Shown piece by piece: positions 14,336 through 30,131 of a stretch of 64,000 nucleotides of DNA. Below the pieces are notes generated by a model. The model was not told the origin of the DNA. It saw nothing but the letters and a program-made list of their open reading frames with translations, and did no database searches. Each line of letters begins with the position of its first letter. Position 1 is the first letter of the stretch. The DNA lies in assembly GCA_009914755.4 (NCBI GenBank), contig CP068257.2, positions 16,768,001-16,832,000 on the forward strand, in the 5' to 3' direction. The translations under genes were made by a program, and so were the position numbers. The DNA is from the human T2T-CHM13v2.0 reference genome, Homo sapiens.

Positions 14336-14980
14336 ATAGCCTACGGTATCAAAGCCGATGACTAACATTTTCAGAAAATAAATTCAGATAGTCTGGATCT
14401 TAACACTAAATTCAATAGTTTTGCATGTGTCAATTTAGCTGAATTCTGATTTCATTCTTCAAATACCCTTTTCTGTATAGCTCTGGGCTAGGTTGGGCAA
14501 ATAAGAGAAACTTGTGAGGGTTAGCAGGTGGATGGGAAATAGCAGTCAGGAAATTAGGAAGTTGGTGCCAGGGCTCCCGAATTACTGTAGGTCTCAAATG
14601 CTGATGCTGATCTGCTAGCTCGTCTCATTTGCATGGGGCTCAGCTAGCGCAGATTTCCTTCAGGTTCTTTAAATCTTAGGTCAGGCTCATATGCAGTGCC
14701 TGTGTGGAGGGTCTTAGCTTCCTCTGCAGTTCACCAAAGGCAGGTTACTCAAGGCTAGATGTGGATTTACGAATGATAAGAAAAGCAGAGACTGGCAAAT
14801 ATGACTTATAGTTTACTCTTGTGGCGTCTCCTCTGAGGTTTTGCTTTGGATTTCTCTTTCTTTAGGTCCAGATTTTATTCACAATTGCCTCCTCCCCCAA
14901 CTGCCTGCCCACTCCCAAATGCAGAGGCAGCAGCCTGCTATAGATTTCGCTGTCTCTTGTCCTTGATTCCTTGTTAGTGA

Positions 14981-15377
<397 letters not shown>

Positions 15378-16539
15378 TAAAATAAATTCCTCATTTGTAT
15401 TGCTCAGTGGTTCCGCTTCCCTAGTGATACACTCAATTCATATGCATCTCTATGAAACTGAGAAAATACTGATTCTCTAAAAAATAAAATATTCCCTGAT
15501 ATTAACAGATTATAGCTCAAAGTGATTAGCATAATGGCAGGGAGATTATAATCATTTAGTAATGTTCAGTATCATCCTTATCTTCATCTTCTTTTTTTTC
15601 TTCTTGAAAAATTAACTGAAGTATGATCACAAAGCAAAACATAAAGGAGACATTCAAGAGTGCTTTATTTAAAGAAAGAGAAGTTTCAGCCTGGCATCAA
15701 TAATTTGCCTAAATATTTTAACTGAAAGAGAATGCTTTCACACGGTCTCAAAAGAAAAGCCATTTTCTTTTCATCTGAAAACAAGTGTTTTAAATTTTTT
15801 TTATCAGTAGATTCATAGTGTTATCTGAGGTCCTACATTTATTCTTTAAGCTTATATTTACCTCAACAATAATTTCCAAAAATCATCACCTCTGCTAACT
15901 TGAGAGAAGATTCTATTTTCCAGTTACTGAATGGTCCTTTTTCATGCTATTCAAATCTGAATATCTTGCTTAAACTCCAGTGCCCAGACTGCTCCCAATT
16001 GTCTAGTAAAGCTCTCAGCCCAGCCAAACGTTGTGGAGAAACTATACAGCAATTCCTTTTTGCAACACTCTTGTTTTGACATCTCAGTGAGTCTATTTAC
16101 ATGTAGTAATTTCTCAGTGCCAGTTAAAGTCAGAAAAAGTGATTCACTGTGGCATTCTTGCAAAATATGACAGATGGGCTCATTAGTCGTTTGATTCATA
16201 AAAGCCATCATGTTGTTTTGCTTAAAATAAGAAGCAAAAAATAAGCAAGTCCTTGATAGGTTTAATTCAGATCAGAGCAAAGTAATGCCAACTCTGCAGA
16301 TTCATGTAAAGAACCGACAAAAGGAGCCGGGGGAAAAAGGACTGTGCAAATGAATGCATTATTCTTTGTAAAAAAGTTATGAGCCATAAAGTAATGGTTA
16401 AAAAAGAGCTAGGCATCTGCAACTAGGCAAAGAGATTAGAAGAAAGCAACAACAACTAGTAAGTTATATGCTATTTGTTGTGTTTTCTTGATGTAAATAT
16501 AGCAGTAGAAAGAATGAAGACATTAAATGAGAATTAAGA

Positions 16540-16700
16540 GAATATATGTATTCATATATATTAATTCATATATATTATATTATATATGAATATTATATAT
16601 TCATACATGTGTGAATTCATATGTATGAATATATATGATATAATAATTTTATGAATATATGAATACATATGAATTAATATGCATATATATTAATTCAAGA
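16540..16700. repeat. AT-rich low-complexity region with a perfect palindrome (tattcatacatgtgtgaattcatatgtatgaata)
   Basis: Read directly. Repeated atatgaat/attcatat units form multiple hairpin-capable inverted repeats. Confidence 0.8.
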
Positions 16701-16933
16701 TGCCAGAGACATTAAGAAAAGAGTAATCCCTATCAATGGATAAATAATATGATACAGAATAGTATTTGTTAGTAAAGAAGTGAAAATTTAAAAGAATATA
16801 TATTTGGTGTGTCAACACCAAAATGTCTTCCAGAAAACTCTGGTAGAGTAGTTGCATGCCAACAGAAAACTATTCTTATGGAAATTTTCATTTACATTGA
16901 TTAGCTATTAATGTTTTGTTGCAATCAGCAAAC

Positions 16934-17440
16934 CTGACTACTATAAGGACTCCACAGTCAAATTTGAATTTAAAATTATGGATGGTAGATTGTCAAATCT
17001 TATTTGTTGTCTTGCCTTTAAACAATTCTAAAAGAAAGGCTTCATATCTTGCAGAATTTTTAATTGTTAAGTAATATCAATAATTAATAATAACCCAGGA
17101 GATTAGTGAAAAGAAGTTTCCCATTGTAACTCTTCATTGAGCAAAAGACTTCTGTCAGTCAATTAAAAACATCTCTATTGCTGGAGAAATAATGGTTCTT
17201 TCACTTTCTTATGAGTTGTGTCCATTTCTGTGATGGTCTTACATGATATGTGAATGAATCATAAGTTATTTCTCAAACTCTTAACAAGTATTTATGTATC
17301 TGTGTAGATCAATAATTTAATTACCTGTGTAGAAATAAGAACTTATGAAAGCTTCAAATGTTGTGAATAATAACGTAGTGGAAAATTCTTTTGCCTCATC
17401 CACATTTGGGAGAAAATGCTTAAAAAAATCTCCCAAATAT
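16934..17440 (+). repeat. Arm A of a long inverted repeat (~507 bp)
   Basis: The reverse complement of 19429-19909 aligns to this segment with ~15 mismatches plus one 16-17-bp indel, about 97% identity. Checked base by base over the full arm. Confidence 0.9.
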
Positions 17441-17859
17441 ATCTCTACACATTTTTCATGGATATTTTGATAATTCAGATGCATCAGTATTCTGGGCTTC
17501 AAGCACTCTTGCTGTAAAAAACCCTTAATAACCTAAATGCAATACAAGAAAAATACATTATTTGGTGGCAAAAGATAAATAGAAAAACATTAACATTGAT
17601 TTTATGCTCTGTGCCAGGCTCTGTGCTATGAGTATTAACAAAATATTAATAAAATATCTTTTTATTCACCTATTTATTTGCTTCCTAAATATTTGTAAGA
17701 ACTCTTTTATAGCCTGCATACCTTTCTCTGTAATGATGTCTTCCTTTTCTTTTCCAGCTTCAAGGGCCCACAATTACTTTATTTTACGAACCCTTATTTA
17801 GCAACTATACACAACACACACTCACAGTGACAAACAACGTAAGTAGTTGTACTGTGCAG

Positions 17860-18030
17860 ATAATAACTCACTTAATCCTCATGTGTTCTATGAAGTAGGA
17901 ATTATTATTATCTACTTTTTATGCAAAATACCAAGGAGTAGTATAGTTAATTAACTTATCTATTGTCACTTAGCAAATAAGTGGCAGATTCAGAATTCCA
18001 GCTCAGGCACATGATCTGGCTACAAAATGA
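17860..18030 (+). mobile_element. MIR SINE
   Basis: aactcacttaatcctcatg...attattattatctactttttatgcaaaataccaaggagtagtatagttaattaacttatctattgtcacttagcaaataagtggcagattcagaattccagctcaggc matches the MIR consensus (tattatccccattttacagatgaggaaactgagg...agtaagtggcagagctgggattcgaacccagg). Confidence 0.75.
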
Positions 18031-18167
18031 AGCTCTCACGTAAAATACTGTGATATGTAAGAGAAGAAATTTTATAAGGGGCTTAACTCAATTACCTCCA
18101 CTTTCTGACTTGAAAACTATTTGATTTTATTAAAACTTCATGATATGTCAACAAAATATAAACAAAA

Positions 18168-18311
18168 GTCAATATGCTAAAGATGAAGAAAGAAAATCCT
18201 TACCTGTTTTCATCTTTAAACAGCTCTTCTGAAGCATGCAAACCCTCTTTTTGGTCTACGCTATGTGATAAAAAGCTATTTGTTTTAGCCACAGTTAATA
18301 GAGGACTTTAG
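18168..18311 (+). repeat. Direct repeat copy B (~145 bp)
   Basis: gtcaatatgctaaagatgaag...gttttagccacagttaatagaggactttag aligns in direct orientation at ~85% to 19059-19203 (gtcaacatgctgaagatggat...attttagccacagttaataggggactttag). Confidence 0.8.
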
Positions 18312-19058
18312 TAATGTCAACAAAATTGGTTCCATTTTGAAAGTCTGTTGAACTTCACCTATGATATTTCATGCATTGTCAAAGATTTGTTTTATTTCAA
18401 AATTATGCATTTTCATTGATAACATTTGAAAAATAAGAATGTGGAAAAAATGTGTTGCCAAATGGTTTGTCAATTAATAGTTTAGTGATCACATATTTCA
18501 TTTCTTCCTAGATGACGCACATGCCGTAATCTAACTGACTTCTTTTTGCCACAGGCATTAAAAAGAACAAAAAATGTCTCAGTTGGATTTTATGAAACAA
18601 ACACATAAAGGAAGTGTTCGCCTCTGCATTTCTCCCCTCCGCCATGCCTGGTTTAGAGTGATTAATCCCTTTTGGTGTTTGTTAAAAAACATGTTATTGA
18701 TGTTATTAGAAGCCCATTTCATTGTAATTAATATCACTGGTTATTAGCTGTTCTTACAAAGGAAATGATTGGCTCTAGGCATCAACTTATGTAAGTTGTA
18801 TAAGGCAGCAGCCCTCTGAGAACAGATTCACTTCTCTCTCCTTTGCTAGCTCATTTGTGTCTGTCTGAAGCATGCAGTGTTAATTGCGTAGCCCAAAATC
18901 TACCCGCTCCTTGCTCTTTGCCAACAGAGCCCCAGTTTTTATCAGATTGTGAAAGTGTACAGCTTTTTTAGAATTATAGTCAGTCTAACCCTCTAAGCCA
19001 CACACACTTATTTTCCATTCTCCTTGCCTTACTTACTATTACATTTAAGGGAATAAAA

Positions 19059-19203
19059 GTCAACATGCTGAAGATGGATAAATAAAATTCTTAACTGTTT
19101 ATTTCTTTTAACAACTGTTCTGATGCATGTAAACTCTCCTTTTGGTCTATGCTTTGTGAATAAAAAGCTATTTATTTTAGCCACAGTTAATAGGGGACTT
19201 TAG
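19059..19203 (+). repeat. Direct repeat copy B' (~145 bp)
   Basis: See copy B. It lies inside the spacer of the inverted repeat, adjacent to arm A'. Confidence 0.8.
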
Positions 19204-19428
19204 TTGCAGGCAAAAACATTCATTACTACTTCACCATCTGAAATAGACCTGCTCAGGACCGACCTACTTCCACAAAGGCTGACCGATCAAAACATGACTG
19301 AGCATTTATATTTTATCATTGTTTACCTAAGAAATATACTTATTCAAATCATTCTTCTAACCAGGAAAGTGTTTCTCTACCTTTTAGAGAAAAAAACACC
19401 TCAGTGTTTCAAATCTGAATTTGGGAGT

Positions 19429-19909
19429 TTTTTAAAACATTTTTTTCCCAAATGTGGATAAGGCAAAAGAATTTTCCACTATGTTATTATTCACAACATT
19501 TGAAGCTTTGATAAGTTCTTATTTCTACACAGGTAGTTAAATTATTGATCTACACAGCTAAGAGTTTGAGGAATAACTTATGATTCATTCACATATCATG
19601 TAAGGCAGTCACAGAAATGGACACAACTCATAAGAAAGTGAAAGAACCATTATTTCTCCAGCAATAGAGATGTTTTTAATTGACCGACAGAAGTCTTTTG
19701 CTCAATGAAGAGTTACAATGGGAAACTTCTTTTCACTAATCTCCTGGGTTATTATTAATTATTGATATTACTTAACAATTAAAAATTCTGCAAGATATGA
19801 AGCCTTTCTTTTAGAATTGTTTAAAGGCAAGACAACAAATAAGATTTGACAATCTACTATGCATAATTTTAAATTCAAATTTGACTGTGGAGTCCTTATA
19901 GTAGTCAGG
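19429..19909 (-). repeat. Arm A' of the long inverted repeat (~481 bp)
   Basis: Reverse complement of arm A at ~97% identity. It ends at 19909, immediately before the MaLR internal sequence begins. Confidence 0.9.
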
Positions 19910-19924
19910 TGACTTGGGTGCGTT

Positions 19925-21062
19925 AAAGGTATTCAGTTTCATAAGGGAAGCTGAGCATAAAAGTTTGGAAAATTTGCAGGCTGACAATTTGATAGAAAGG
20001 AAAAACCCATCTTCCGAGGAGAAATTCAAGCAGGCTGCAGAAATTTGCATAAGTAACAAGGAGCCAAATGTTAATCACCAAGACAATGGGAAAATGTCTC
20101 CAGGGCATGTCAGAGGTCTTCATGACAGCCCCTCCCACCATAGGTCTGGAGGCCTAGGAGAAAATGATTTTGTGGGCCGGTCCCAGGGCCCCCTTGCTAT
20201 CTGCAGCTTATGGACTTGGTGCTCTGCATTCCAACTTTGGCTGAAAGGGGCCAATGTAGAGTGCAGGCCATGGCTTCAGAGAGTGGAAGCCCAAAGCCTT
20301 TTCAGCTTCCACATGGTGTTGAGCCTGTGAGTGCACAGAAGTCAAGAATTGAGGTTTGGGAACCTCTGCCTAGATTTCAGAATATGTATGGAAATACCTG
20401 GATGTCCAGGCAGAAGTTTGCTGCAGGGTGGGGCGCTCATGGAGAACCTCTGCTAGGGCAGTGCAGAAGGAAAATGTGGGGTTGGAGCACACAGAGGCCC
20501 TACTGGGGCACCACCTAGTGGAGCTGTGAGAAGAGAGTCACTTTCCTCCAGACCCCAGAATGGTATATCCACCAACAGCTTGCCCTGTTCACCTGGAAAA
20601 GTTGCAAACCCTGAATGCCAACTCATGAAAGCAGCTGGGAGGGAGGCTCTACCCTGCAAAGCCACAGGACAGAGCTGCCCAAGACCATGGGAACCCACCT
20701 CTTGCATCAGCATCAGTGTGACCTGGATGTGAGACCTGGAGTCAAAGGAGATCATTTTGGAGCTATAAAATTTGACTGTCCTGCTGGATTTCAGACTAGC
20801 ATGGGCCCCCTAACCACTTTGTTTTGGCCAATTTCTCCCATTTGGAATGGCTGTGTTAACTCAATACCTGTACCCCCAGTGTATCTAGGCTTTTGATTTT
20901 ACAGGCTTATAGGCAGAAGGGACTTGCCTTGTGTCAGATGAGACTTTGAACTGTGGACTTTTGAGTTAATGCTGTAATGAGCTAAGACTTTGGGGGACTG
21001 TTGGGAAGGCATGATTGGTTTTGAAATGTGGGGACATGAGATTTGGAGGGGCCGGGGTGGAA
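19925..21062 (+). mobile_element. ERVL-MaLR internal region (THE1-int/MST-int-like), 5'-truncated, no 5' LTR
   Basis: Runs directly into a canonical THE1-type LTR and ends in a polypurine tract (ggaggggccggggtggaa). It contains typical MaLR-internal strings (gacttttgagttaatgctgtaatgagctaagactttgggggactgttgggaaggcatgattgg). The ORFs at 19914-20896 are degenerate remnants. Confidence 0.7.
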
Positions 21063-21414
21063 TGATATGGTTTGGTTCTGTGTCCCCACCCAAATCTCAT
21101 CTTGAATTATACTCCCATAATTCCCACGTGCTGTGGGAGGGAACCAGTGGGAGATAATTTGAATCAAGAAGGCAGTTTCTCCCATACTGTTCTTATGGTA
21201 GTGAATAAATTTCATGAGATCTGATGGTTTTATCAGGGGTTTCCACTTTTGTGTCTTCATCATTTTCTCTTTCTGCTGCCACGTAGGAAGTGCCTTTCAA
21301 CTTCTGCCATGATTCTGAGGTTTCCTCAGCCATGTAGAACTGTAAGTCCAATTAAACCTCTTTTTCTTCCCAGTCTTGGGTATGTCTTTAGCAGCATGAA
21401 GACAAATTAACATG
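21063..21414 (+). mobile_element. THE1/MST-type MaLR 3' LTR
   Basis: tgatatggtttggttctgtgtccccacccaaatctcatcttgaatt...cccataattcccacgtgctgtgggaggga...cagccatgtagaactgtaagtccaattaaacctcttttt matches the THE1 consensus (TGATATGGTTTGGCTGTGTCCCCACCCAAATCTCATCTTGAATTGTAGCTCCCATAATTCCCACGTGTTGTGGGAGGGACC...). Confidence 0.85.
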
Positions 21415-24009
21415 CCTACGTAGATGTATGAACAAAGTTTCTAGTTCTAGTGTTTGTAATTTGAGATTACTTATACTATACTTGCAGCTTTGCCTAGTTT
21501 TCTTCCTAAAATGTTCAACTACATGTTACTCTCATTGAGTACCTTAATATATTTCACATCCATTAAGAATTTTAAAGAGAGATATGTATTTTTGCTCAAA
21601 TAATTTCTTAATTTAAATATAGTTTTAATTCACCAGAGCATGAATCCAAGTAGTTAAAAATATGTATGTTGTATGTTCAGCTCATGAATCTTCCCATTAT
21701 ATTTACTATTACTGATTGATGCATGTTAGCACTTATCACCTTTTCACAATGTTAGCATCAGTCTTTGTGAAAGCTGTACCTCTTAGTAAATATCTGAAAA
21801 TATTGCATTAAAATTAAAATTTGGGGTCACAAAAAAGTCACTGTTAGATGTGTATCAATGCTGGTGAATAATCATATTTCACAATTAGTGACACCTTTTT
21901 CTATCTGCTTGAAGAAGGTTATATAGCATTCTGTTTTTGATAGTTTAAATGGTTTCTCTCAAAAGATGTGTAGTATCTGTCCAAAACATTTGGTCCCATA
22001 AAAAAGAAACTATGTTTTGCCTTGGGTAATTTTATGTTGCTTGATCAAAGATCTAGTTACTTATTTTGGCAGCAGAAAATATATTGGTGAAGGTGTTCAC
22101 CTAGAATGAAGCTTCAATTCTATGGGGATAGATTCATTCTTTATCTTGGTGGTGGTTGCTCAACCAAAACTGGGCATTTTTCAGCTTGTCCAACTAGTGT
22201 GGCAATTGTTATTAGGAAACTTCTTTGACGAAATCATCACTTATGCCATACATATCCAATAAAAGAAGAGCAGAATTACTACAATCTGCTGCTCTGTATG
22301 CTGGTGCAATAACACCAAATATTAGCTTGTCAAATTCATCTTATGCAAGTTTGTGATCAAGGTTTTCCAATCATTTCCGGATACAAGTAATCATGAGACA
22401 CAGGGAAAACAAGGAGAGGTCTGGGCCCACCAATGTAGCTCTGATATTCCCTTCTTGCAGCAGTGGAATGCACTCTGGTCCACAATATATCAAATGTGTA
22501 ATAATGTATGCAGCTAGATTATTTACATAGAAGAGAGTTCTTTTGGTCTTAAAAGACATTCTTTTTATTCTTATAAATTATACAGCTTTTGTGACATTTT
22601 CCAGGCAAATGTGCTCCAAAACTCTACACATGTTAGTTTGCTTAGCATGTACAGTCTTAGAACAGATATATCTGACTAAAAGCAATCCATAGGAAGGAAC
22701 TCTCCAGCTAGCAAGACCATTAGTTCATTTGTTATTAGCAAATTAGCAAATTGTCCAGATCACCATTTTTCTTTGCTGTAAAGTCTCCCAGTAAAAAGAG
22801 AAAAAGAATTTTATACTTGCTGTGTTAGTTTATAGAATAAAAATTTGTGCTCCATCAAGGCTACAAATGTCTTAAGAACCAGCCTAGCCCAAGGATGTTA
22901 TTGCTTTTATCCTGAAATGTTTTATATTATAATAAATATCCTGTGTACTTACTTTCCAGCCAGGTTTTTCCTTTGTAATTGCTGTATTTTATGCAGGTTG
23001 ACATACTTCTTAATATGGTCTCACATTGACCATATTATGTAAAGTTTTATCATGGCCCTATCCCTTGATTCTGGGTCTCTTGGTCCATTCTTTCTGTTTT
23101 CCATTGAAACTTCGGAATTTCTCCCCTGTTTCTTTTCTTTCTTTGTCTTTTCAAAGATGATATTCAAGGAGAGTAGTTAAATATGTTGATTCAAACAATA
23201 GCTTGTATGGCAATTTAAATTTCATTTTAAATTATTGTATATACTTTTCCTTCTTTTCTCCAATAAGAACTTTTTTCCAAAGTATAGTTGTGTTCAAACT
23301 ATGAGTCCACTAAAGCAATTATAATTAAATAACTTGAATAGTTTAATTTAAAATGATTTCTCATATGCATAAAATTTTTCTTACTAAAATTTCCATTTAC
23401 TTTTACAAGTTTTTCCACTTTAGAAAATATAGGATTTATCTATGCAATCAAAAATGCCTACTAGAGCCTTTTAGCTTTTCTCTTTCTGAAATGAAAATGA
23501 AATGTACCAAATTACCTTTGGTAAATGCACTTTCTAATTCTTCTATGCTACTTCCACATATTGATTTCTATAACAGAAAAAGTATATATGTTTACTAAAG
23601 TGTGTCAATGACTTTCTTTTACTTTTAAGAAAATAAGTAAAATTATTGGGTGAATATTCAAGGAATTTTAATAAAGTTTTCTTACATTTATCTTCATCTT
23701 CAGATCCTTGCATTGAACTGAAAACTTTAATTCTGAATAATTTGTAGCTTCCTGAATACATTTTGCTTTGTCATGAACTCATCCCTTCATATAAAGTATT
23801 CTCTTACACTTGGGTTTCTGGATTATCATTTCCTCCATTCCTCTTTCCTACTTGGAGGCCTCTTATTTATCCTTTAAGCCATATTCCAAGAGTTTTCTCC
23901 TCTGATAATACTTCTCTGAACTCTTCTATTATTTGTAGTTTGAGACACTATGTCTTCATCAATTTCCTGAGCTATTTATGTAATATTTAGTAACATTATG
24001 AAAATAATA

Positions 24010-24480
24010 GAATCTTACTTTTGTGTCATGTTAAGGGTTGAATTGTGCCTCGCCAAAATACACATGTTGAAGTACTAAATCTCAGTACCTCAGATTGCCA
24101 CCTTGTTAGGAAACAGGGTCATTGCAGATGTAACTAGTGAAATTAAGTGGAGGACATAATGGAGTAGGGTGGGCTCCTAATCAAATCTGAAAGGTATCCT
24201 TATAGGAAAGAAGGTTATGTGAAGACACAGAAATACAGGAAGAATGAACCGTGAAATGGGAGACAGAGATTGGAGTTATGCTTCCATACGCTAAAGAAAG
24301 CATCAGGCTACCAGGAGTCGGGAGAGTCAAGGTAGCATCCTTCCCTAGGGGCTTCAGAGAGACCACAGCCCGGCCCACGTAGATTTTGGATTTCCAGCCT
24401 CAAGGACAAGGAGATAAGAAATTTCTGTTGTTTAAAGCCACCAGCTTGTGGCACTTTGTTTAGGCAACCCTAGGAAACTG
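24010..24480 (-). mobile_element. MLT1-family MaLR LTR (minus orientation)
   Basis: gggttgaattgtgcctcgccaaaatacacatgttgaagtactaa...gtcattgcagatgtaa...tagggtgggctcctaatc...atttctgttgtttaaagccaccagcttgtggcactttgtt is the reverse complement of the MLT1 consensus (tgttatgggttgaattgtgtcccc...atttctgttgttttaagccacccagtttgtggtactttgtt). Confidence 0.8.
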
Positions 24481-25071
24481 ATTGATGTCATGAAATTTTA
24501 GATGTCTTGGGAAACAGTAAAATTCTTCTCTAGTTTTTATACTCATCAATCATGATGTGATTTTTTTTCTTCTCCGAAAAAGTGGGGACTAATTATTTGT
24601 GAGAGTTAACTATTTTTGTCAAGTAAGTAATGCAAAGATTCCCGTGTACCTTTCTCGGAAAGATAACTTTGTATCATGGCAAAAAATTGAACATTTAATA
24701 AGTAACATGGTGAAAAATCCCAATTTAGAAAGTGTATGAGTTTACTTTTTTCATGTTAATACTAACTAGCAGCCAATATGCTGACACTGAACATACCTTA
24801 AATGGGGGAAATGGAGTCATTGTTGCACCTGACCACTGCTAGCAATGTTTGTCCTGGTAAGTATTTAAAACATTTTAGTGTCTCAAAAGATGGAAAAGAA
24901 TGGCCTAATCCACGCTGACTGATGAGAATAACTCAGGAACAGCAAATTAAAACCAAATTGGTGTTATCCACATCTTGTGCAACTCTTGTGTTGAAAATAA
25001 AGGAGCAGGAAAAACTTTTTGATTAAATTTCTGGAACTTCTGCCTCATTTATCTTAAAAATAACAGAGTTT

Positions 25072-25348
25072 AGGCCTGGCATGGTGGCTTATGCCTGTAA
25101 TTGTAACACTTTGGGAGGCAGACGAGGGCAGATTGCTTGAGCCCAGGAGTTTGAGACCAGCCTGGGTAACATGGAGAAACCCTGTCTCTAGAAAAAATAC
25201 AAAAGAATTAGACAGGCATGGTGGCTGAGGTGGGAGAATCACCTGAGCTTGAGAGGTCAAGGCTGCAGTGATCCATGATTGTGCTACTGCACTCCAGCCT
25301 GGGTGAGAAAGTAAGACCTTGTCTCAAAAAAAAAAAAAAAAAAAAAAA
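25072..25348 (+). mobile_element. Alu (older AluJ/S-like), plus orientation
   Basis: ggcctggcatggtggcttatgcctgtaattgtaacactttgggaggc...gcactccagcctgggtgagaaagtaagaccttgtctc plus poly-A. The approximate TSD is aaaataaca(g/t)agttt. Confidence 0.85.
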
Positions 25349-25879
25349 GAAAATAACATAGTTTGAGGATATAAAGAATACTCATTTCAGATTTTGGTAA
25401 GGGCCGAGTATGTTCAGATATACCTTCTAGCTGTTATTATTAACTTTATACATTTTCCTAAAATGTTATGATGAGTAGTTTGTTTTGGAGTTTTGCAGAT
25501 AAACTGTAATTAACATTTTTCTTATTTTGAAAAGTTGAAAAATATCTGTCCTTCAGTTTCTGGAATTTGTCCAGTTTGTTTTTAAAAAAATAAATGATCT
25601 GGCAATTGGATACTCACTACTTACTCTGAAAAGCCATTGTTGCCAATTTGGCAGGTCCAATACAGGGGTAAGGAGCTCTTTCACATGGATCCATTTGTTA
25701 TACTACTGCTCTGCGGTGCAAGATTAAATTAATCTCTCCTTTGTTTTTTCTTTCATGTGAAATGGCTTCAAATATTTTATTTTGGCTAGTATCAACCTTC
25801 TAAAAAGATAGCATATACGTGTTCGTACATCCAGCTACTTCAATAAAAGGAAGACTCACCATAATCTATACCTGCAGCT

Positions 25880-26060
25880 ACATCTACATTGCACGTATAC
25901 TCATATCTATAGCTAATCTCTATCTCTACACACAGAGATACATGCACATATATACACACATTTATATATGTACACACATAAGTATAAACATGCATAAATA
26001 TTTTTATATTATTGTTACTGTTCAATTACATATATATGTATTATATATCTTAGAATCAGA
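25880..26060. repeat. TA/CA-rich simple repeat
   Basis: atacatgcacatatatacacacatttatatatgtacacacataagtataaacatgcataaatat read directly. Confidence 0.75.
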
Positions 26061-26725
26061 GAGCTAAATATTCCATTTTTTGTGTCTTTTTCTATCTTCA
26101 GTTTTAAGATGCTCTTTTCCTAGGTAATTTAATATCCATTTCTCTTAGAGAAGATAACAGAAGCAGACACATATCCAGAATAGTGATTTTTAAAAATATC
26201 TATGTAAACAGTCATAAATCTGGTGTATTTACACAACTATTTGCAGAACAATTATTATAGTTTGGATTACTACCCTACAGGAACATAACTGCTTTGTAAG
26301 CTTTCTAAAATATTTTTTTCTAATAATCTCTTACTTCTTCTGAATAGGAGGTATATATTAGCTATATCATTTGATAAACATCTTAATCCATCCAATGTTT
26401 TAGAAATATTTGAAATAGAAATTACATATTTGGAAGAAAGATTATTAAAAGGCACTATTAGTTACTTCTAAATAAATACATTTAAAAACTCATCTATTGC
26501 TCATAAATTAAACATCATGCATAAGTTATCTAGCCTTATATAATTATAATTTGATTGGACAAATTGAGTCTTTCATCTGTACTTAGAATTTATTTGTAAG
26601 TACTTTAAAAATAGATATTATCTTTTCTAAATTTTTTTCATCCTTGATGTTCCTTGAGGAAAGAAGTCCTTGGAGGAAGCAATAACCTCTACCTTGTATT
26701 TATATCCATCCTTTTATTTCACTTA

Positions 26726-30131
<3,406 letters not shown>

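Noticed and set aside
19914-20896. Overlapping 93-138-aa ORFs on both strands
   Set aside because: They lie inside the degenerate MaLR (THE1/MST-like) internal region directly upstream of its 3' LTR. They have no recognisable protein similarity and are mutually overlapping.
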